Notes: generated by a model from the letters alone, not told the origin. A stretch of DNA of 11,890 bases from Fibrobacteria bacterium (GCA_050486505.1 JBJHDK010000056.1:1-11890); one strand, 5' to 3'. Shown: positions 1 to 11,890, counted from the first letter of the stretch. A program made the numbers and translations.

Positions 1-363
1 GCGCTTCACGCCGTAAAGGGAACGGCTCTGACGACGGCCTTCGACCCCGGAGGTGTCGAGCGTGCCGCGAATGATGTGGTAGCGCACACCCGGCACATCC
101 TTCACACGGCCGCCGCGGATGAGCACGATGGAGTGCTCCTGCAGGTTGTGGCCTTCGCCGGGGATGTAGCAGGTCACTTCCATCTTGTTGGAAAGGCGAA
201 CACGGGCGATCTTGCGCAACGCAGAGTTCGGCTTCTTGGGTGTGGTCGTGTACACGCGCGTGCAGACGCCGCGCTTTTGCGGGCTGCCCATGAGCGCGGG
301 GGCCTTGCTCTTGGTGAGCTGGGCCTTGCGACCCTTGCGAATAAGTTGGCTGATGGTAGGCAC
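1..363 (-). CDS. rpsL: 30S ribosomal protein S12 (3'-truncated by window edge)
   Basis: Not in the ORF track, so translated by hand from GTG at 363-361: [13 protein letters not shown]...[32 protein letters not shown]...[50 protein letters not shown]. Hallmark S12 motifs are present, with a GGAG Shine-Dalgarno (SD) 5 nt upstream. Confidence 0.99.
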   Translation of the reverse strand, partial: MPTISQLIRKGRKAQLTKSKAPALMGSPQKRGVCTRVYTTTPKKPNSALRKIARVRLSNKMEVTCYIPGEGHNLQEHSIVLIRGGRVKDVPGVRYHIIRGTLDTSGVEGRRQSRSLYGVKR

Positions 364-393
364 TGAAGCTCCGGATCCGTTTTTGGGGTGTGA

Positions 394-423
394 AACCTAG
401 TTTTTTAACTCGTTTGCCGTCAA
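394..423 (-). promoter_or_regulatory. Putative sigma70-type promoter for the rpsL (str) operon
   Basis: Minus strand TTGACG (423-418), 18-nt A-rich spacer, TAGGTT (399-394; fits TAnnnT). It lies in an AT-rich patch about 30 nt upstream of the rpsL start. Confidence 0.6.
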
Positions 424-433
424 GACATTAGAA

Positions 434-488
434 GGAAACAGGGGGTCCGGAGAGGGTTGACGACCCTTCCGGGGATCCCCTGGCTTCC
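434..488 (-). terminator. Long imperfect hairpin downstream of rpoC, probable intrinsic terminator or processing stem
   Basis: Minus-strand RNA GGAAGC-CAGGGG-AUCC-CCGGA-AGGGU-[CGUCA]-ACCCU-C-UCCGG-AC-CCCCUG-UUUCC starts 5 nt after the rpoC stop. The tail is pyrimidine-rich (UUUCCUUCU), not a clean U-tract. Confidence 0.55.
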
Positions 489-493
489 CGTCT

Positions 494-3400
494 TCATGCG
501 GGGATTTCCCTTGAAAACAGCGCATCCTGGCCTCCCAGGGAGAGGTCATGCGCGGCGCGCAGGGAGGCTTCCTCTTCTGCCTCGGCATCGAGATCCTTGA
601 CCCGGATGCCATTGACGGAGCGGTTGCCCGTGCCCGAGGGAATCAGGCGGCCCATGATGACGTTTTCCTTCAACCCATCGAGGGTATCCACCTTGCCGGC
701 GATCGCGGCATTGGTCAGCACCTTCGTGGTCTCCTGGAAGGAGGCCGCCGAGATGAAGCTGTCCGTGGCCAACGACGACTTGGTGATTCCGAGCAAGAGA
801 GGGCGGAACGTCGCGGGCAAGCCACCGTTGGCGAGCACCCGGTTGTTCTCCTCGCGCAGGCGCACCTTGGAAATTTCCTCGCCCTCGAGCAGCTCGGTGT
901 CGCCGGGATTCTCGATGATCACCTTGCGCATCATCTGGCGGACGATGCCTTCGATGTGCTTGTCGGAAATCGTCACGCCCTGAAGGCGGTAGACGGCCTG
1001 GATTTCCTCGACCAGATAACGCTGCACCTCGGCATCGCCGGAAATCCGCAGAATATCGTGCGGGTCCACGGGGCCGTCGCACAGCTTGTCGCCACTGCGC
1101 ACGCGGTCGCCCGGGTGCACGGTCACGTGCTTTCCGCGCGGGATCAGGTAGGACTCCTGCACCTCGCCATCCGTCACGATGATCCGCTGCTGGCCGCGCT
1201 CCACCTCGCCGAACGAGACAATGCCGTCGATGGCGGTGATAATGGCCGGACTCTTCGGACGACGGGCCTCGAACAGTTCCGCCACGCGCGGAAGGCCGCC
1301 GGTGATGTCGCGCGTCTTGCCCGCAGCCCGGGCGATCTTCACGAGAGCGTCGCCCGCATGCACGGCATCGCCGTTGCGGAACTGAAGGTAGGCGTTCTCG
1401 GGGATCGAGTAGCGGCCCAGCTTGTTCCCTGATGCATCGAGCACGTTGAGGTGGGGGTGCAGACGGGTACGCTTGTCGCGAATGACCCGGATGCTCTCCA
1501 CGCCGGTGGCATCGTCGAACTCGGTGACGTACGTGACGCCTTCCTTGAGACCGTCGAATTCGACCTTGCCGCTGTCGCGCGTGATGATGAGGGTGTTATA
1601 AGGATCCCACTCGAACAGCAGTGCACCAGACTTGATGGATTGCCCGTCCGTCACGCGCAGCACCGAACCGTAGGGGACGACGTAGCGCACCTTGGTGATG
1701 CCGTTATCGTCGGAAAGGATCATCTCGCCGGAACGCGAAACGACCACCTTCTCACCCTTGCGGTTGTCGACGGTCTCGACTTCCTGGAGCTGCACGTTGC
1801 AATCCCACTTGGACTTCTTGTGCGACTCCGCGGTCATGCGCGAAGCGGCACCACCGATGTGGAAGGTGCGCAGCGTAAGCTGCGTGCCGGGCTCGCCGAT
1901 GGATTGGGCCGCCACGACGCCGACGGCCTCGCCGATGTCGATCATGCGCCCGTTGGCCAGGTTTCGGCCGTAGCACTTGGCGCACACGCCGCGGGCGGCC
2001 TCGCACGTCAGCACCGAACGGACCTTGACGCTTTCGAACCCGACCGCGCCGATCTTTTCGGCCACGGGCTCATCGATGAGCTGGCCGGCCGGGCAAAGCA
2101 GTTCGTCGGTCACGGGATGGTAGATGTCATCGGCCGCGACGCGTCCCAGGATCTTCTCCTGGAGCGGAACCACGACGTCGTCGCCTTCGGTGGTGTCGCG
2201 CATGTCGAGTCCCAGCACCGTGCCGCAGTCCTCCTCGTTCACGACGAGATCCTGGGCGACGTCGACGAGGCGGCGGGTCAGGTAGCCGGCATCGGCGGTC
2301 TTGAGCGCCGTGTCGGCAAGGCCCTTGCGGGCGCCGTGTGTCGAAATGAAGTACTCCAGCACGTTCAGGCCTTCGCGGAAGCACGAAAGAATCGGGTTCT
2401 CGATGATCTCGTGCCCCGTGATCTTCTTTTGCGGTTTCGACATGAGGCCGCGCATGCCGGAGAGCTGCTTGATCTGCTCGCGGCTGCCGCGCGCACCCGA
2501 GACCGCCATCATGTAGACGGGGTTGAAGCCTTCGCGATCCTGCGCGAGCTTCTCGTACACCAGCGAGGCGACGTCATTGGTGGTATGGGACCACAAGTCG
2601 ATGATCTGGTTGTAACGCTCGCCGTCGGTGATGACGCCGTTCTCGTAAAGCTCAACGACCTTGTCCGCCTTCTCCTTGGTCTGGCGGATCATGTCGTACT
2701 TCTCGGGAGGAATGATCATGTCGCTGATCGCGATGCTCATGCCGCCGCGCGCCGCCCACTTGAAGCCGGTTTCCTTGATGGAATCAAGGAACTTTCCGGT
2801 CTTTTCGTTGCCTGCGATGCGGAAATACTTGTCGATCGTCTGCGAAATGGTCTTCTTGTCGAAAACCTTGTTGAGGTAGCCGAGTTCGGGCGGAACGACC
2901 TGGTTCAAGATCGCCCGGCCCACTGAAGTCTCGACGCGCTCCCCGTTGATGCGGATCTTGACGGGCACGTTCAGGTCGACATGGCCCTCTTCGTACGCGC
3001 GAATCGCCTGATCCACGTCGGAGAAGAGCTTGCCGGCGCCCTTGCCCCCGCTACGCATGGCCGTGAGGTAATAGCAGCCAAGCACGATGTCCTGCGAGGG
3101 AACGGCGATGGGCTGGCCCGAGGCAGGGTGCAGGATGTTGTTGGCCGCGATCATGAGGACGCGCGTCTCAAGCTGCGCCTCGAAGGAGAGCGGCAGGTGG
3201 ACGGCCATCTGGTCACCGTCGAAGTCGGCGTTGAACGCCGTGCAAACCAACGGGTGCAGGCGGATCGCCTTGCCTTCGATCAGCTTCGGATAGAAGCCCT
3301 GGATGCCCAAACGGTGCAACGTGGGCGCACGGTTCAGCAACACAGGATGATCGTCGATGATCTCTTCGAGAATGTCCCAAACCTCGGGACGCTCCTTCTC

Positions 3401-4597
3401 CACGAACTTCTTGGCGGACTTGACCGTATGGACGAAGCCGCGCTCCTCGAGGCGCTGGATGATGAAGGGTTTGTAAAGCTCCAGGGCCATCGACTTGGGA
3501 AGGCCGCACTGGTGGATCTTGAGCTCGGGACCCACGACGATGACGGAACGGCCCGAATAGTCGACGCGCTTGCCGAGCAGATTCTGGCGGAAACGCCCCT
3601 GCTTGCCCTTGAGCAACTCGGAGAGCGACTTGAGGGGACGGCGGTTGTCGCCCTTCACGGAGAACGTGCGGCGGCCGTTGTCGAACAGCACGTCGACGGC
3701 TTCCTGCAGCATCCGCTTTTCGTTGCGGAGAATGACTTCGGGCGCCTTGATGTCGACCAGCTTCTTCAAGCGGTTGTTGCGGTTGATGACTCGCCGGTAG
3801 AGATCGTTGAGGTCGGAGGTCGCGAAGCGTCCGCCTTCAAGCGGAACCAGCGGGCGGAGATCCGGGGGGATCACGGGAATCACGTCCAGCACCATCCACT
3901 CGGGGCGGTTGGGGGACTTGCGGAAGGCTTCCACGGCCTTCAGGCGCTTGAGCAAATCCTGCTTGCGCTGGCTGCTCGTTTCCGTCTTGATGCGGGCGCG
4001 CATGTCGCGCGACAGCGAGTCCATGTCGATCTCCGCGAGCATCTGCTTGATCGCGGGAGCGCCCATCTTCGCGTCGAAGTGACGCCCCTCGTCTTCGAGG
4101 TCGATGTACTCTTCTTCGGAGATCAGCTGGTTCTGCTTCAGCTCCGTGTCACCCGGATCCATCACCACGTACGATTCGTAGTAGATGATGCGCTCAAGGT
4201 TGCTGACGGAGATTCCCAGCAGCGCCCCGATGGTCGAAGGAAGGCTCTTGAAGAACCAGATGTGGACGACCGGCACCGCGAGCTCGATGTGGCCCATGCG
4301 CTCGCGACGCACCTTGGAGTGCGTCACTTCAACGCCGCAGCGATCGCAAACGACGCCGCGGTAGCGGATGCGCTTGTACTTGCCGCAGGAGCATTCCCAG
4401 TTCTTGACGGGTCCGAAAATCCTCTCGCAGAACAAGCCGTCCTTTTCGGGCTTGAAAGAGCGATAGTTGATGGTCTCGGGCTTCGTGACCTCGCCGTAGG
4501 ACCAACTGCGGATGATGTCAGGAGCGGCCAGCTGAATGCTGATCCCGTCCTTGCGCGAGAGGTCCTGGTTCTGGCTGTTTTGCAGAGTGTCGTTCAT
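494..4597 (-). CDS. rpoC: DNA-directed RNA polymerase subunit beta'
   Basis: 1367 aa. Contains the N-terminal Zn finger (CSC...CDRC), catalytic NADFDGD, bridge helix [32 protein letters not shown], trigger loop [15 protein letters not shown]...DITGGLPRV and [20 protein letters not shown] lies 7 nt before the ATG. Confidence 0.99.
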   Translation of the reverse strand: MNDTLQNSQNQDLSRKDGISIQLAAPDIIRSWSYGEVTKPETINYRSFKPEKDGLFCERIFGPVKNWECSCGKYKRIRYRGVVCDRCGVEVTHSKVRRERMGHIELAVPVVHIWFFKSLPSTIGALLGISVSNLERIIYYESYVVMDPGDTELKQNQLISEEEYIDLEDEGRHFDAKMGAPAIKQMLAEIDMDSLSRDMRARIKTETSSQRKQDLLKRLKAVEAFRKSPNRPEWMVLDVIPVIPPDLRPLVPLEGGRFATSDLNDLYRRVINRNNRLKKLVDIKAPEVILRNEKRMLQEAVDVLFDNGRRTFSVKGDNRRPLKSLSELLKGKQGRFRQNLLGKRVDYSGRSVIVVGPELKIHQCGLPKSMALELYKPFIIQRLEERGFVHTVKSAKKFVEKERPEVWDILEEIIDDHPVLLNRAPTLHRLGIQGFYPKLIEGKAIRLHPLVCTAFNADFDGDQMAVHLPLSFEAQLETRVLMIAANNILHPASGQPIAVPSQDIVLGCYYLTAMRSGGKGAGKLFSDVDQAIRAYEEGHVDLNVPVKIRINGERVETSVGRAILNQVVPPELGYLNKVFDKKTISQTIDKYFRIAGNEKTGKFLDSIKETGFKWAARGGMSIAISDMIIPPEKYDMIRQTKEKADKVVELYENGVITDGERYNQIIDLWSHTTNDVASLVYEKLAQDREGFNPVYMMAVSGARGSREQIKQLSGMRGLMSKPQKKITGHEIIENPILSCFREGLNVLEYFISTHGARKGLADTALKTADAGYLTRRLVDVAQDLVVNEEDCGTVLGLDMRDTTEGDDVVVPLQEKILGRVAADDIYHPVTDELLCPAGQLIDEPVAEKIGAVGFESVKVRSVLTCEAARGVCAKCYGRNLANGRMIDIGEAVGVVAAQSIGEPGTQLTLRTFHIGGAASRMTAESHKKSKWDCNVQLQEVETVDNRKGEKVVVSRSGEMILSDDNGITKVRYVVPYGSVLRVTDGQSIKSGALLFEWDPYNTLIITRDSGKVEFDGLKEGVTYVTEFDDATGVESIRVIRDKRTRLHPHLNVLDASGNKLGRYSIPENAYLQFRNGDAVHAGDALVKIARAAGKTRDITGGLPRVAELFEARRPKSPAIITAIDGIVSFGEVERGQQRIIVTDGEVQESYLIPRGKHVTVHPGDRVRSGDKLCDGPVDPHDILRISGDAEVQRYLVEEIQAVYRLQGVTISDKHIEGIVRQMMRKVIIENPGDTELLEGEEISKVRLREENNRVLANGGLPATFRPLLLGITKSSLATDSFISAASFQETTKVLTNAAIAGKVDTLDGLKENVIMGRLIPSGTGNRSVNGIRVKDLDAEAEEEASLRAAHDLSLGGQDALFSREIPA

Positions 4598-4625
4598 GTG
4601 TGTTTCCTTCCGCCCGGTGCCAGGC

Positions 4626-8387
<3,762 letters not shown>

Positions 8388-8569
8388 GTGACCCAACTTC
8401 CTGGTTCGCGGGAGGTCCCATCCGGGACGGCTCACCCGGTTCTATGCAACGACCAACGCATCAGCTCCCGGGAACGGGGCCGATACGCAGGAGACTGGGA
8501 GTTCCGCAGCCGCCCCAACAGGGACGGTGCGGTTCCCAAACGGACTTTTCTTCGGACCTTGGGACAAGT
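8388..8569 (-). promoter_or_regulatory. Structured rplL-rpoB intercistronic leader (candidate attenuator/processing region)
   Basis: Three consecutive GC-rich hairpins at 8496-8538, 8456-8488 and 8409-8438. An attenuator and RNase III site are known at the equivalent position in E. coli. Confidence 0.5.
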
Positions 8570-8968
8570 TTACTTGAGGGCGACCTTCGCGCCGGCTTCC
8601 TCGAGTTCCTTCTTGAACTTCTCGGCGTCTGCCTTCGCGACGGCTTCCTTCACGGTCTTCGGCGCACCGTCGACCACAGCCTTCGCCTCGGCGAGGCCAA
8701 GACCGGTGATCGCACGAACGACCTTGATCACGTTGATCTTGTTCGCGCCGGCGCTTTCGAGCACAACGTCGAATTCGGTCTTCTCGGCAGCGGCTTCGCC
8801 ACCGGCGGCGCCGGCGGCAGGGGCCACGGCAACCGCGGCGGCGGCTGCGGCCTCAAGACCGTACTCGTTCTTCAGGTAATCGGACAGTTCCTTCGCCTGC
8901 AGCAGGGAAAGTGCGACGATCTTGTCGCCAAGCTCCTTGATGTCGGGGGTGTAGGTTGCTTCGGACAT
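8570..8968 (-). CDS. rplL: 50S ribosomal protein L7/L12
   Basis: 132 aa with an Ala/Gly hinge, [30 protein letters not shown] and C-terminal [19 protein letters not shown]. Confidence 0.99.
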   Translation of the reverse strand: MSEATYTPDIKELGDKIVALSLLQAKELSDYLKNEYGLEAAAAAAVAVAPAAGAAGGEAAAEKTEFDVVLESAGANKINVIKVVRAITGLGLAEAKAVVDGAPKTVKEAVAKADAEKFKKELEEAGAKVALK

Positions 8969-9040
8969 GGTGGTCTCCTCGTGAGTGAGATTGGATTGTG
9001 TTTCTTGACTGTTCCGCGAATTTCCGGGCCTTGGGGCGCC

Positions 9041-9580
9041 TTACTCTCCGACCTTCTCCCCCGCCTCGATCTTCGAGACCAGGGATTGGATTTGACTGGC
9101 AAGGGCCGAACCCGGCCCCTTGAAAAGGGCGATCAAACCGGACCCGGCGCCCATGGCAAGGGAGACGACCTGCGCCTGCAGCTCCCTCTTGCCCGGCATC
9201 TTCGCGAGTGAGTCCATTTGGTCTCCCCCGTAAGCCTGTCCGTCGATGTGAATCGCCTTCATGGCGATCGCCTTTTCGTTCTTCTTCAAAAATTCGACGA
9301 CCAGCTTGGCCGGAGCCATCGGGTCGTCGGCGTCGGCAAGGATGAGTGCCGTCGGACCGGTGAGATAGGAGTCGAGCCCCTCGACACCGACATCGGCAAG
9401 CGCGCGCTTGACCAGCGTGTTCTTGGCCACGCGCATGGACAAGCCCTTCTTGCGAAGTTGTCCACGAAGATCCGTCACTTTTTCAACGGTAATCCCCGTG
9501 AAGTCGGCCAGATACACTCCTGAAGACGACTTCAGTGCCTGAGAAAGTTGGGAGACGATTTCGGTTTTTTGTGCGACCAT
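9041..9580 (-). CDS. rplJ: 50S ribosomal protein L10
   Basis: 179 aa with DFTGITVEKVTDLRGQLR, VAKNTL and LTGPTAL motifs. Located between rplA and rplL. Confidence 0.97.
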   Translation of the reverse strand: MVAQKTEIVSQLSQALKSSSGVYLADFTGITVEKVTDLRGQLRKKGLSMRVAKNTLVKRALADVGVEGLDSYLTGPTALILADADDPMAPAKLVVEFLKKNEKAIAMKAIHIDGQAYGGDQMDSLAKMPGKRELQAQVVSLAMGAGSGLIALFKGPGSALASQIQSLVSKIEAGEKVGE

Positions 9581-9590
9581 GATTCGTTCC

Positions 9591-10280
9591 TCAACGGAAT
9601 GCGGAACGGTCGATCCGGATTCCCGGAGTCATCGTTCCCGCCAAAGTGATGCTTTTGATGTAAACGCCCTTGGCCGTCGCGGGCTTTGCCCTCACCACGG
9701 TATCGATCAGCAGGGAGGCATTCTCCTTGAGTTGATCCATGGTGAACGAAAGCTTTCCAACGGGAGCGTGAACGTTCGAACCCTTGTCGACGCGGAAGCT
9801 GATCTTGCCGGCCTTGAGTTCCTTGACGGTCTGGGCGACATTGGTCGTCACCGTTCCGGCCTTCGGGCTGGGCATCAGGCCGCGGGGTCCGAGCACGCGC
9901 GCGACACGCCCCACCAAGGGCATCATGTCAGGAGTCGCAACCACGGCATCGAAGTCCGTCCAGCCGTCCTGGATCTTCTGCACCAGTTCTTCGGCACCGA
10001 CGAAGTCGGCGCCTGCGTCGGAGGCCGCCTTCTCGAGCTCGCCCTTGGCGAACACCAGAACGCGCACCTTGCGGCCGGTTCCGTGGGGCAGCACGACGTT
10101 GCCGCGCACCACCTGGTCGCTGTGACGCGGATCGACGCCCAGGTTCAGGTGAACCTCCAGCGTGGGATCCAACTTGTATTTTCCATTCTCCTTCAGTATC
10201 CCGATCGCCTCATCAAGGCCGTATTCGCGGCCCCGTTCGATCTTTTCGGCGATACTGCGGTAGTTCTTGCTTCGCTTCAT
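9591..10280 (-). CDS. rplA: 50S ribosomal protein L1
   Basis: 229 aa with [41 protein letters not shown] and [20 protein letters not shown]. Confidence 0.99.
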   Translation of the reverse strand: MKRSKNYRSIAEKIERGREYGLDEAIGILKENGKYKLDPTLEVHLNLGVDPRHSDQVVRGNVVLPHGTGRKVRVLVFAKGELEKAASDAGADFVGAEELVQKIQDGWTDFDAVVATPDMMPLVGRVARVLGPRGLMPSPKAGTVTTNVAQTVKELKAGKISFRVDKGSNVHAPVGKLSFTMDQLKENASLLIDTVVRAKPATAKGVYIKSITLAGTMTPGIRIDRSAFR

Positions 10281-10351
10281 TCGCTCCTACCCTTGTGTTT
10301 CCGACGCTCCCGCCGATGGGAACGCCGGCGTTAACGCCGCCTGATCCGTGA

Positions 10352-10777
10352 TCAGCCGACGATGTCCAACCCCATGCTCTTCGCGGTTCCCGCGACCATG
10401 GCGCTCGCCGCTTCGATGCTCTCCGTGTTCAGGTCGGGGAGCTTCATCTTGGCGATGTCTTCAATTTGTTTTTGCGTGATCTGGCCGACCTTCTTGCGGT
10501 TCGGCTCACCCGATCCCTTCTGGATGCCCACGGCCTTCTTGATCAGCTCGGGAACCGGTGAGACCTTCGTCACGAACGTGAAGCTGCGGTCGGCATATAC
10601 CGTGATCACGACGGGAATGACATATCCCTTCTTGTCCTGCGTAGCGGCGTTGAAGGCCTTGCAGAACTCCATGATGTTGACGCCGCGCTGACCAAGGGCC
10701 GGGCCGATGGGCGGGGACGGGTTCGCGGCGCCCGCCGGAACCTGCAGCTTGATGTATCCAGTAATCTTCTTGGCCAC
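10352..10777 (-). CDS. rplK: 50S ribosomal protein L11
   Basis: 141 aa, GTG start, with [36 protein letters not shown] and GTAKSMG. SD GAGGAG. Confidence 0.99.
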   Translation of the reverse strand: MAKKITGYIKLQVPAGAANPSPPIGPALGQRGVNIMEFCKAFNAATQDKKGYVIPVVITVYADRSFTFVTKVSPVPELIKKAVGIQKGSGEPNRKKVGQITQKQIEDIAKMKLPDLNTESIEAASAMVAGTAKSMGLDIVG

Positions 10778-10830
10778 GATGACTCCTCAAAAAATTTCCG
10801 CTTCAAATACCTTCTGGTCCCGGATCCTGA

Positions 10831-11358
10831 TCAGACCGCGTCGACCTGGCCGAAGTCCAGTTCCACCGGAGTTGACCGGCCGAACACACTGACCATGACC
10901 TTGAGCTTGCCCTTCTCCGGGTGGATCTCCTCGACCACGCCGTCGAAGTCCTTGAACGGACCATCCTTGATGCGGATCTTGTCCCCGTTGTGGTAGGGGA
11001 TTTCCGTCACCTTGGTTTCCTGCACCTCGGGCGCGTCCTGTCCCAGGATCCTGTCCACTTCCGCCTTGCGAAGCGGTTGCGGCTTGTTGTCGACGCCCAC
11101 GAAGTGCGTCACACCCGGAATGTCGGTCACGACGTGCATCGTGTCCTTGTTCATCTCCATCTCGACCAGGATGTAGCTGGGGAAGGACTTGTGGTCTCGG
11201 ACCGTCTTCTTCCCCTTCTGGATGGTGGTCACTTCCCGAACGGGAACGAGCACCTGGCCGATTTGCTCCTGCATCCCGTTCCGCTCCACGTAGGCGTCAA
11301 GGTGCTGCTTGACCTTGCCTTCCTGGCCGGAATACGTATGCACTGCGTACCACTTCAC
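10831..11358 (-). CDS. nusG: Transcription termination/antitermination factor NusG
   Basis: 175 aa, GTG start. NGN domain (WYAVHTYSGQE, FPSYILVEM, PGVTHFVG) and KOW domain (GDKIRIKDGPFKDFDGVV...VSVFGRSTPVEL). Canonical secE-nusG-rplK context. Confidence 0.99.
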   Translation of the reverse strand: MKWYAVHTYSGQEGKVKQHLDAYVERNGMQEQIGQVLVPVREVTTIQKGKKTVRDHKSFPSYILVEMEMNKDTMHVVTDIPGVTHFVGVDNKPQPLRKAEVDRILGQDAPEVQETKVTEIPYHNGDKIRIKDGPFKDFDGVVEEIHPEKGKLKVMVSVFGRSTPVELDFGQVDAV

Positions 11359-11377
11359 TTGAACTCTCCCTGCCCGA

Positions 11378-11560
11378 TCAACCCAGCACCAGCCGGACGA
11401 CGGAGCTCAGCACGAAGTCGACGCTGCCCACGAAAACCGTCGAGAGCAATGCAAAAATGATGACCGTGATGGTCGCGCCCCGCAACTCTTCGGGAGTCGG
11501 CCAAGTAACCTTCCTCAGCTCGAGGAGGACGTCACGGATGTAGTTCTGAAAGCGACGCAT
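11378..11560 (-). CDS. secE: Preprotein translocase subunit SecE (short, single-TM type)
   Basis: 60 aa from ATG 11560: MRRFQNYIRDVLLELRKVTWPTPEELRGATITVIIFALLSTVFVGSVDFVLSSVVRLVLG. Has the E(L/M)xKVxWP signature plus one hydrophobic helix. The track's start at 11596 lies inside the tRNA. Confidence 0.96.
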   Translation of the reverse strand: MRRFQNYIRDVLLELRKVTWPTPEELRGATITVIIFALLSTVFVGSVDFVLSSVVRLVLG

Positions 11561-11569
11561 GATGTTTTC

Positions 11570-11642
11570 CAGGCCAGGAGGGACTTGAACCCACAACCAA
11601 CGGTTTTGGAGACCGCTACTCTACCAATTGAGCTACTGACCT
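11570..11642 (-). tRNA. trnW: tRNA-Trp (anticodon CCA), 73 nt, no encoded 3' CCA
   Basis: Cloverleaf: AGGTCAG TA GCTC AATTGGTA GAGT A GCGGT CTCCAAA ACCGT TGGTT GTGGG TTCAAGT CCCTC CTGGCCT G. Discriminator G73. Sits at its typical position before secE. Confidence 0.98.
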
Positions 11643-11669
11643 GGGATTCCCTTTCTTGTTCCTTTGCGG

Positions 11670-11890
<221 letters not shown>

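Noticed and set aside
8388..8435. 16-aa N-terminal extension of RpoB ([16 protein letters not shown]) from the ORF track
   Set aside because: It starts at a GTG inside a hairpin with no SD. The ATG at 8387 gives a normal beta N-terminus.
8780..8855. GC-rich low-complexity, repeat-like tract
   Set aside because: It encodes the normal Ala/Gly hinge of L7/L12.
10340..11380. TGATC context at the stops of secE, nusG and rplK (TGATCGGG, TGATCAGGATC, TGATCACGGATC)
   Set aside because: The match is short, GATC is very frequent throughout this window, and three of the bases are the stop codon itself. It cannot be distinguished from chance.
11561..11596. 12-aa N-terminal extension of SecE from the ORF track
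   Set aside because: It overlaps the tRNA-Trp T-arm and acceptor stem, so it is an ORF-calling artefact.

Overview
GC-rich bacterial core-genome window containing the conserved transcription/translation gene cluster, entirely on the minus strand. In transcription order: tuf (3' end only) - tRNA-Trp(CCA) - secE - nusG - rplK - rplA - rplJ - rplL - rpoB - rpoC - rpsL (missing only its last codons). All genes look intact and use the standard code. Several features suggest an FCB-group organism, possibly Fibrobacterota: the RNAP lineage-specific insertions, the L7/L12 and beta' N-termini, and the 10-nt rplA-rplJ gap. This is inference from remembered family patterns, not a search. I see no mobile element, CRISPR array, defence system or unexplained protein-coding region, and I cannot support a novel multi-gene system here. 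The best leads are small-scale: a highly structured 182-nt rplL-rpoB leader, competing hairpins before rplA, no room for an L10 leader, a CCA-less tRNA-Trp with a T-stem mismatch ending 9 nt before secE, a repeated intergenic GAAACACA motif, and an L10 tail predicting a heptameric stalk.
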